Assembly: GCF_001186125.1 (NCBI RefSeq) | Contig: NW_014040341.1 | Location: 92,122 to 112,121, forward strand | Reading direction: 5' to 3' | Origin: Sphaeroforma arctica JP610 | Taxonomy: Eukaryota | Length of the DNA stretch: 20,000 bases | Shown: positions 10,991 to 20,000 of the stretch, piece after piece | How the letters are laid out: every line of letters begins with the position of its first letter | Position numbering within the stretch: the stretch's first letter is position 1 | Program-made: the position numbers and the translations under genes | The notes under the pieces: generated by a model | Told to the model about the DNA's origin: nothing | The model's input: the letters and a program-made list of their open reading frames with translations, nothing else | Databases searched by the model: none

Positions 10991-11743
10991 GGTAAGTTCG
11001 GGATCTATAAGGTCATCGTAAGAATTGCAGATATTTTCGCCTGTAGATCGTGTATGCTCATTAACACTATTGATAGATACGAGCACTTTGCGTTGGTTGT
11101 AAACTCTATGATGGTTGGAAGCCTGCTGATCTTACACCAAATCTTATAACTCAATGTATGCCTGACAAAGCCCATATAACACCAAAATAGCCCCTACTTC
11201 CAATAATGTATGCTGCATAGATCTATTGACTTATAGGGCTGATTTTGACCTGTTCGTAGGTTGATCGGACTTGCGTGTGGTACGTAGCTGTGAGATAAAA
11301 AACACCAAAGTTTATGCAGTTATGCACAATCTGTTCATGTAGAATTTACATATGTTGAAAATTATGTGTGTGCTGTTTTTTTATTTTTAAAAAAATATTT
11401 ACAGCGTGACACAGTGAGACTGTGAGCCTACTGACAGTGCAGACCGCAGAGTGCAGGGCTGCAGCCTGCAGGCTGCACTGCTGCAGAGCCTTCAGTGTGC
11501 TGGCTGCAGAGCGCAGACCTGCAGACTGCAGTCAGTCACAGTGTGTACACAAAACTTGAGTGGTCTATTTATAGCGCTTCTTAAATCAGAGTCCAACCTG
11601 TTGAGGACTTGAGTGGGCTTGAGCCTTGAGCCTTTGAGGGCTGAGGGCTGAGGGCCTGAGGGCCTGAGGCTGTGAAAGTGTGGCTGTGTGAGTCTGTGTC
11701 TGTCCACTCATCAGCATATACTCGAGTCATCACTATCCATTAA

Positions 11744-12491
11744 GGCCCAGTCTTAACGGGTTCGGATTTTGCGTTCGGATTTTGCGTTCGGAAAGTTTTT
11801 GGTCGCTCCTGCCTCAAAGCAGTGTCCAATGTTAATTTTTGGACTACTTCGCTGTATTGAGTGCAATTTGTTTACGTACTATTTCAATATTTTCAAGCTA
11901 TATGACTCATAAAGTCAAGAGAGCACTAATTGGATAATCATTATTATGGATCTGAGAAAAAGCAATACAGAATACACATGTATTATGCAAATTTATATCA
12001 TTTTAAATATATTTATACAATATAGTGAAGTGTGTTAGTATAAACAGTCATACGTCTTGGACAGTATGGAGAATATCAATGATCTGGAAGAACCGGATTG
12101 CGAATGCATATCACTGAACGAGTGTTCGATGTCACATTGCAGTACGTCACGAACCAGTGACAAACAGCACTTCGAATATTGATCACAGTAATTACATTCA
12201 CGACTTTATTACTGGCCAATCACAAAGCTTGTGAAGTTGAACACATTTCCTAGTTTCCAGTACGTATATTAACCGCAAAAGCGAGTTTACGTAGAGAATT
12301 TTCTAAATCCCGTAATCCGATCCGAACGTAAAACTTCTCGTGGGGTATTTTTGCCCTCGAAAAATTGACCTCGTTCGGAATTTTTTTTTTTTTGGCTTTT
12401 TCATGAAATTTTAAAATTACCTTATACCTATTGGTGTAGAAATCCGAACGTAAAATCCGAACGCAAAATCCGAACCCGTTAAGACTGGGCC
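11744..12491. mobile_element. Non-autonomous DNA transposon (MITE), PIF/Harbinger (Tourist-like), 748 bp
   Basis: 49-bp terminal inverted repeats GGCCCAGTCTTAACGGGTTCGGATTTTGCGTTCGGATTTT(G/A)CGTTCGGA at 11744-11792 and 12443-12491 with one mismatch; TAA duplicated on both sides (11741-11743 and 12492-12494); AT-rich interior with no transposase ORF. A 3-bp TAA/TTA TSD with G-rich TIR starts is characteristic of PIF/Harbinger. Confidence 0.9.
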
Positions 12492-13325
12492 TAAATAGAC
12501 AAATATAGTCTCGGACTCTCGGTGACCCACAGGTCCACTTTTCCAGTCTACCCCCACCAATAAATTTAAAATAATAACACGACACTCAACAGACTCTACC
12601 CTGGCAGTGGTCTGTACTCACTCCAGTTTACAGCCTTAAACACAGTCCTTCGCCAGCAGAGCAGGTAAAAAAAACAAACTATTTACAAGTATGTACATAT
12701 GTTAAAAAGATGTTCTGTAAATACCATAGCGGCATCGCCTTCGAAATTGACATATCTACCTACTTTTAAAAAACCTAGGAACCTAAAATGAAAATAAAAT
12801 AAAATATTTATTTGAAAGTCTAAAAACCGCGTGGACAGTGATTCAGTAGTTCACAATCCCGAGTTGAACATTGTCATGCTGTTCTTTTGCACTTTGCAAG
12901 CTGTGTCAATATATATATATATATATATTAATAGTTGAAACAGATAATTCAGTTCGCAATCAAAATGCTATCTCAATGGTAAGTGGTGTATACGTTTCGA
13001 GGTGGTTCTTTCTTTTATGTTTGTTCCAAATGAAGATTATTAACTACGACGGTAACTGAGGGGATTGTGTCGGCCGTAACTGGTATATCACCTTCCTCGC
13101 TGCGGCAACTATTAGTCAACGATGGATAACCTTTATACTTTCAAATAATCATAGTCGAGTTTATAAAATGGGCTCATAAAACTCTGTTCTTCTCATTGCC
13201 TGTTTCGCAGATTCTTTAGGTTTGGATGGGAAGGTCTATAGACCTGTATAGCCCGTTGTAGCAAAGGTATGGTTCAATTTTGAACTTCTGCACTTGCTAG
13301 ACGTGCTTCCGAGGTCAAAGAGTGA

Positions 13326-13939
13326 TAGTGATTAAACAATAGATAGGGACAACTGAAAATTTCTTGTAGAGGAAAGTCTTATTCTGGGATGGAGACATCT
13401 TCAGCGAATGAACACTTTGTACGATCTCATAATTGTTGGATTATATTTTTATCGTTCGTAATTGTTCCCTCATTCAGCACGTTTCTTACGAATCTTACAG
13501 ATCGCCGAACGGGAGCCAGTGGACCTTTGTGACCTTTTATTCTACTTTGTCCGTTATGCTGTTGTCTTGTTTCGTATAGATTATCTGCGTAGCGTGTTTT
13601 TTATGTCTTGTATGTATGGATGATGTATGTCTAGTCTTTAGAGTATATAGGTAACAATTATATATCCAACGGATCGTGAGGTGTTGAAGGAGTGAGCTTC
13701 CTGCATTATCCTGTGTCACCTCCGACATGAAGCGCCCAGAAAAATTTTCAGGGATATCAGGAATTCCTCTGTGTTCGTCAGAGCATTTTTTAAATAGGTA
13801 ATTATGGATCTTCTACACTATTGTCATATTTCGAGCGATTCGCATGCTTCGTTAGTGATTTAAAACTAGATAGGGACACGGAAAATTCCATGTCGAGGAA
13901 CATCTTTTTCTGGGATGGAGACATCACCAGTTTATGAAC
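13326..13939. repeat. Diverged direct repeat (13326-13413 and 13853-13939), period ~527 bp
   Basis: Manual alignment gives about 72/88 identical positions, including identical cores TTCTGGGATGGAGACATC (13382-13399; 13908-13925) and TAGATAGGGACA. Confidence 0.85.
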
Positions 13940-15291
13940 GAATCCGAGGATTTTATTTTGGACTTGTACGCTTGAAAGTTGCCAACACAATCTATTCTAT
14001 TCTATCTACAGCTCTGCAATAGGGAATTTGACATGCTGATAACAAGTTTCTGAATAAGGTGAGTAGTTATGTGGATTTTGTGCAAGTTCTTGGTCCTTGA
14101 TGTTTTTACAAGCTTTGTTTTAATTTCTGACAGTCGTTGAGGAAATATTCAGTATCCTGAGACCAAATAAGACCTTGCGTTCACAATAATTATGTTTTAA
14201 TTTCTCTAAACAATCTCTTTATATTTTCTTCTTTCAACTCTATTAGGTATCGTTCGGGAGTGGAAATAGTCTTCGTGTTTTCTGATGTCGATTTTATTCA
14301 GTTTACAAAATAATTTTAGCCTTGTAAATTTCAAATAAAAGATTTCACTCGAGTAGTCTCTGCGAACGCTTAACGCTGATTCAATTATATCATTTTCGCG
14401 AGAAAACATGTGCCAGAATTTTTATCTTCTAGAATGATGTATTTCATTTCTATCGCTGATATGCCAACCGGCACACAGTATCCTGTCCTAGAGGCATTGC
14501 AAGGAATCGCCCACGATGATCCATAGCTCTGCTGTGTAACAGAAACTCCGTATCTACAAACCAGATAGTTGGCATTATGTACTGAACTCTATGCGAGCGG
14601 AGATGTACCCAGTGACTGCTCCTTATTTCAAGTGCGATTTAGGAAACGTGTGCCTGTTAAGCTTTTCGGGTTTGTTGAAATAATTTAATAGCTAAGCTCA
14701 GTTATATCATAACTATACAGGCTTTGGACCTCAGAACTCTCAGAATACTCACAAATATACTCTCTGAGTGCATTGTAGATACCTAGCTACATAGACAACA
14801 CATACATAGCTATATGGCCATTTGAAACCTGCTCAAAAGCGTCCACTTGTTTAGGATTGTCGATAATTTGTCCAATAATACGGTAGACGTGACACGCCAC
14901 TTCGTGAGTGGTCGCTTATAGGAATCAGACAGCACTGAAGCATTGCATCTACGTACGTATGGTTCCTCTCATTTGCGTCTGGTTTTGTGTTTGCCAATGG
15001 CATAGCATCGCATCGAGTCGAGACTAGACTGTTCAAATCACAACAGTATCCTCAAAAACAGTTCACTGGTATCTAGAGTACCTAAGTTCTTCGGTGCACA
15101 TCGGTGACTCCCATAGTGTGCATGCCAAAAGGGAATACACAGACATGTACATAAAACCCCCGTACAACCGAGTCCATCCACTGTTTTGGGATAGCAGGTG
15201 TTTACCGGACGGCATCTATTTTGTCAGAGTCACTTGATAAGATTACTGCCAAACCGCATGCTTTTGATGGATTTATCTTATCTTTGTTTGT

Positions 15292-15412
15292 TTATTGGGC
15301 GGCTTTGCCGGAGTGTTTGATGAGCCATTGAAGGGTGATGTCGATATTGTTTTGATTCTTACACGAGATGGAATAGCAGCACACCTCTCGGCTTGTGACT
15401 GACTTGAGATCC
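15292..15412 (-). CDS. ARL8: ADP-ribosylation factor-like protein 8, exon 5 (last)
   Basis: Acceptor tAG|G at 15413; encodes (W)[43 protein letters not shown], matching the ARL8 C-terminus ([23 protein letters not shown]). Confidence 0.96.
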
Positions 15413-15959
15413 CTATTAAAAATAATGATAAAATAAAACATAAACGGGTCAAAAACTCCGTACGAGAACAAGGCCAATTTCAATGATCCACCAACACACT
15501 CATTCGCAATAAAGCGCAGATAGTTGTATGGGAAAGGTTAATAATGCTTTCAATCAAGTATAAATAGAACATCGAACTACTAAGTAGGCGCACACACATA
15601 TATTTCCAGGGGTGTAGATGATACTTACGGTCTAACACAACCCTTATGCGAAACCACCAACTATGATATACAGGAGACAGCTCACAGGCACAACTAATGT
15701 CATTGTACCACATAATAATCTCAATTTTATAATGATGCAGGCAGCATAGAAAAGCCCAATAAAATCCCATGGCGGTGCACATTCCTGAGAACAGACAGGA
15801 GAACGAAGAGCTCGTTATCAGAGTGCAATATTTGTTGTGCAAAACGTTCACCAGTATAAGAAACCCTTGCTAACACACACTTAACAGACTCTCAACATAA
15901 ATTGAAGCGACACTTGCATTCGATTATGAAACTCGAATGCACACTCCCTGGATACATAC

Positions 15960-16035
15960 CAGGAATTGATGATGTCATCCACGGACATGGCCCCGGGAAG
16001 ATCATTTTTATTGCCCAGAATCAATACCGGGATAC
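15960..16035 (-). CDS. ARL8: ADP-ribosylation factor-like protein 8, exon 4
   Basis: Not in the ORF track; manual translation gives (G)IPVLILGNKNDLPGAMSVDDIINS(W), containing the G4 NKxD motif; acceptor cAG at 16038-16036, donor GTATGT at 15959; phases 1 and 2 fit the neighbouring exons. Confidence 0.95.
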
Positions 16036-16487
16036 CTGGGGTGTGTGTGGGGCGGGAGACAAGGCATAGAGGTTCAAAATCTCAACGAAAGATGTGTGGG
16101 AGCGGATATAGAAATCTGCAACGGAGGAATGTCTCCGGCAACGCTTTTCTGTCTGTGGAATATACCAGAGCACCGGAGAGATGCAGTAACTCACTATTGT
16201 TCTTTTATCAACCTAGCGATATTCGAGCAAATGTATCTCACCCACGCTTAAGCATACGCTGACGTGCAAGCTAAAGCACACACAGGAAAATGCAGACCGC
16301 ACCCACACCAGACCAGAAACATACACCTATATAGAGACACACGCAAAGAAGCTTACCATGTATGTGCACACACATCTACCTACATACGCACACACACAAC
16401 AGCAAAGAAACCGATGCTCGACACCCACGTTACTTAACCGCAAATGCTTTACATTTACATCTGGGGGTTTTGCATTCATGCGGATAC

Positions 16488-16579
16488 CTTGTAATGCGGG
16501 CTTCTCGAGTAGTTGTAACAAAACGGTCTTCGATTGGTTCACCTTTTCTGAGTCTTTCTCGGCAGCGTCCACCATATAT
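16488..16579 (-). CDS. ARL8: ADP-ribosylation factor-like protein 8, exon 3
   Basis: Acceptor cAG ending at 16580; encodes YMVDAAEKDSEKVNQSKTVLLQLLEKPALQ(G); donor GTATCC at 16487. Confidence 0.93.
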
Positions 16580-17029
16580 CTGTGGAGAGGGAGAGTAGAC
16601 GAAGCGGCAAGCAAACGAGACTGAGATCATTTGTAAGCTTGTAGATATAAAAGAGAATGAATTCAATAGCTGGCACATCCAAATCTGGTCAATGAAGGCA
16701 CCCAGATCAAAGTATAATACAGCATTGCGTGTTTCTACTTGACCTTCTGAGACGCACTTTAAAAAGTCTTGAATGCTGACAGCAATGAACCCTGTCTGTA
16801 AACAACTCTATAAACATAATACTGTCGTTACTAAGCTGTGGATTTCAAACTCAGCAATATCTGGGCGTGCGATTGAGGCAAACATAATGCAATGGATGGT
16901 TACGAAGCAAACACACACACACGCACACCCATACGTATACACATTCAAACTAAAAGATAATGCATACACATGAATTAAAAGTGACCACTACAAGTTGTAA
17001 CCGCGGGGTTTTGTTCCTCGGGCACATAC

Positions 17030-17184
17030 ACAATCGCGTTGACGCCTCTGCAGTATCGCTCCCACATTGATCTGAATCGAGGCTGACCCCCGATATCCCA
17101 CAGTTTTATCGTAACGTTTCCTTTTGTGACTTTCCTCATATTAAATCCAACTGTCGGAAGCATATCCTCTGTGTATTGTCCAGA
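17030..17184 (-). CDS. ARL8: ADP-ribosylation factor-like protein 8, exon 2
   Basis: Acceptor cAG at 17187-17185; encodes [51 protein letters not shown](V), with switch I and G3 (WDIGGQ); donor GTATGT at 17029. Confidence 0.97.
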
Positions 17185-17599
17185 CTGTGTGCATTCCAAA
17201 AAGGATTTTGACAGTTAAAATGGAGTACCCGAGTATGCCAAGGTAGATTTTGCCCATACATTGACGTGTCACGTGAGAATACCCACATACATGTGAGTCA
17301 TTCGTATATAATACAATATTAAGAACGTGCGTCAATGTACCGATTGTATCTGGGACCAATGGGCATGAAAAAAACATTCCACGAGCATATGATTCACACC
17401 TTCGTGTGGAAATAAGAACGTATGAAAATTAGAACAAATTTTATAACTGAGCTGATAATGAAAATTGCAATAATAAAAACTTTCCGTAGAACGGGACACT
17501 TCAATACAAAATTCCAGGTCATATGAAGGTACAGGATATAATTCAAAAACAATGGTCATGCAGTAGTTCATACAATACGACTAGCAAAAGGAACTACAA

Positions 17600-17889
17600 G
17601 CATATAACACACACAAGAGACACAAAAGCACAGATACAGATACAGACACACACACACACATTTATATATATATAATATATACACACGCACGCACAAATTC
17701 ACAAACACACACACACACGCACATAATAGAAACACACACAAACACACACACACATATATATATACATATACACATACATACATACATACATACATACATA
17801 CATACATGTATATNNNNNNNNNNNNNNNNNNNNCCCGCAAACACACACACACGCCCGCGCAAAGATACGTAGTAACTACACACACACAG

Positions 17890-17974
<85 letters not shown>

Positions 17975-17992
17975 AATATATATATATATATC
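17600..17992. repeat. (CA)n/(TA)n/(TACA)n microsatellite field in ARL8 intron 1; contains a 20-N gap (17814-17833)
   Basis: Direct inspection. Confidence 0.95.
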
Positions 17993-18265
17993 ATTATGTA
18001 TGGACATTTAAAAACGCATATATTTATATAGGGAACCATCTACTAATAAATGAAAGACATATCACATTGTACCTAATTCAATCGTACGTAAGGAACGAGA
18101 AACAGAGTGATATATCGGAACCAGGTATTAAATGTTCAACCAGTGTCGATATATCCAGATGCATTCGTGTATTTTACCGAATCAACTGAATAAACAGATA
18201 TACGTTAACATACACAAACTAATTAAACTCATAGAACTAGTATCGATATATCTCTGACCACGTAC

Positions 18266-18388
18266 CGCAATTACGTTTACAAAGGTGGTCTTTCCGGAAT
18301 TCTGTAGGCCGACGAGCGTGAGCTCCATCTCTTCTTTCCAAAATAATGACATGAAGTAGTCAACTATATTCTGTACCCAACTAAACAT
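18266..18388 (-). CDS. ARL8: ADP-ribosylation factor-like protein 8, exon 1. Full CDS = complement(join(15292..15412,15960..16035,16488..16579,17030..17184,18266..18388)), 567 nt, 188 aa
   Basis: gccaccATG start; encodes [41 protein letters not shown], with the amphipathic N-helix lacking Gly2, the ARL8-specific [16 protein letters not shown] and the P-loop; donor GTACGT at 18265; all four introns are GT-AG and in phase. Confidence 0.97.
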
Positions 18389-19720
18389 GGTGGCTGATTC
18401 TTCGGTTTCTCAATTGGCTCAAAGTTCAAACAAATGTGTAGGTGTGGGTATTTAGTTATGTATCTGTGCGGGATATTTACAGCAATAACGGTTTGCATTG
18501 AAATGGTATATTATAATGAAGCTTCCTCTAAAGAATAGGTATATCGTAGTATATGATAATAAATAGGTACACCTGAGTATATATGTTGGAGAGGTGTGGT
18601 ATTTTTTTAATTTTAGAATCGCCTTCGCTATCCAGTTCACACTTCAAAGATCACAGACCCATTCGACATCCGTATCGTTCCTGAAGTATTCGGATTTATA
18701 TTACGATTGGGTTCGAGACTTTATATTTTATTTCTGCTGGTGGGGTGTGCGGATAGTCGATAGTTGGGCCTTCTCGCGCAATCGCAATCCAAGAATTGTG
18801 ATAATCACACAGGGAATACTTAGCTTTGGGTATTTTGTTCTGTAAATTCTGATACGTCATCTCTAATTTTGTGGAAATGAAGCACAAACGTGATTCGAGT
18901 TGGAGTTACTGGGGCCCTGGCCCCTGGGTTCTGGGATAAATATCTCAGTGCATTTCTCAAGTTTTATCAGTTGACTATGATCGGGTTTGCGTTTATGATA
19001 ACGTTATATGCTATAATAGTACTATCGAGATCACGGCGAGGGAGAAGTTTATCTTTTTTACGCTATCATTTGTTCCGTTTACGGTATGCCACGTTTGCTG
19101 CATGAGTGCTAAACAAATGGGCTTTATTTACCGTGTGTGTGCTTTGGTGCAAAAAAAAAAAAGGTGAAAAACTATTTTATCATATATGGCAAAATAAGTA
19201 AAATGGCAAGAAATTAGGACAATATATTCACATATAAAAAGACTATTGTGAAATATTAGGTGCACATACGACATTTTACTATCGTTACAAACTAATCACA
19301 GTCCAAAAAAAAATGCAATGAGGTGACATCCCGGCCCCAATATGGCTTTGGCGCGAGTTTGATTTCTTATACTGATAACAGTAGTCTGTAGTTTGGCAAG
19401 GAGGTCACCTATTTATAAACAAAATGGACCGCTAGACGTCTGAATTCTGTCCACAAAAGAAAAAAGAAAACAAAAAATTGTCGTGAGTAGATGGAAAGCA
19501 AAGAGGTAACCAGGGACAAGTGGAAAGATATATTTACAACGTGCATTTGTTTATATATGCACCACAGCTGTGAATAAAGGATATACGCTTGTGTGCAAGT
19601 ACATACATGTGTATCGGCTTCTCATCACGATTATAGTGTGAAGCGAAACTATACACAAATTCAACTCATATAGAACATAAATTGGAGACCTAGTAGCTTT
19701 GGTGCGTCTCGACTGCCACT

Positions 19721-19760
19721 ATGTACAAAGGATACGACAAGAAGGACGAGGACAGCTACC
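19721..19760 (+). CDS. COPG: Probable first coding exon of coatomer subunit gamma (gamma-COP); the gene would continue past the window
   Basis: gccactATG context; encodes MYKGYDKKDEDSY, resembling the animal gamma-COP N-terminus MLKKFDKKDEESG (from memory); followed by a phase-1 donor C|GTATGT at 19761; divergent from ARL8. Only 13 codons are visible, so identity is tentative. Confidence 0.45.
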
Positions 19761-20000
19761 GTATGTTTGTCTTCCTGAATATGCAATCAATATGCAGTGT
19801 TAACTAAGTAGCAAGGTTAAGATAGCCCAATAACAGTACATCATTTTGCATTGGGATGGTTGTTAGTTCCAATATTGATTGCGAACTTCTGCACAATACT
19901 GCAAGAATCCCTTAGCTGATAACCGGATATACTATAATTGAAATATGAATCAGTCTTGCGAACTATTAGTGATTCTTGTATTCAAAATAGCTAATCGAAA

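Noticed and set aside
11757..11792. 13-bp tandem units (and the 30-bp repeat at 6155-6214) considered as CRISPR-like arrays
   Set aside because: No unique spacers, no cas genes and a eukaryotic context; explained as TIR substructure and a simple duplication.
12250..12585. 111-aa ORF overlapping the right end of the MITE
   Set aside because: Crosses the element boundary, reads through the TIR and has no transposase or Myb/SANT motifs.
14461..14575. 8-bp inverted repeat ATGCCAAC/GTTGGCAT with C/D-box-like words nearby
   Set aside because: Too short, no TSD, and the boxes are imperfect and wrongly placed for a snoRNA.
19867..19920. In-phase peptide ...CTILQES after a TTAG acceptor, considered as gamma-COP exon 2
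   Set aside because: Only LQE matches, the NPF-like motif is absent, and there is no donor before the in-frame stop.

Overview
Eukaryotic, intron-containing genomic DNA with long (TA)n/(CA)n microsatellite fields and two 20-N scaffold gaps; a unicellular holozoan or other opisthokont source is my inference, not established. One gene is firmly recognisable: ARL8 (Arf-like GTPase 8, minus strand, 5 exons, 188 aa, 15292-18388). Other coding candidates are a minus-strand multi-exon gene whose large disordered exon carries six YxN tyrosine motifs (3767 to beyond the left edge), two orphan ORFs (4421-5338 +, with a WH2/beta-thymosin-like C-terminus; 7681-8502 -), and a probable first exon of coatomer gamma (19721-19760 +). 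The gene-poor interval at about 8.6-15.2 kb holds a complete 748-bp non-autonomous PIF/Harbinger-type element (49-bp TIRs, TAA TSD), an old ~527-bp-period duplication, and several 'stuttered' tracts almost free of ApT and CpG that are bounded by TATTTA motifs. A pre-miRNA-sized hairpin lies at 7024-7081. No prokaryotic systems, CRISPR arrays, rRNA or tRNA were seen.
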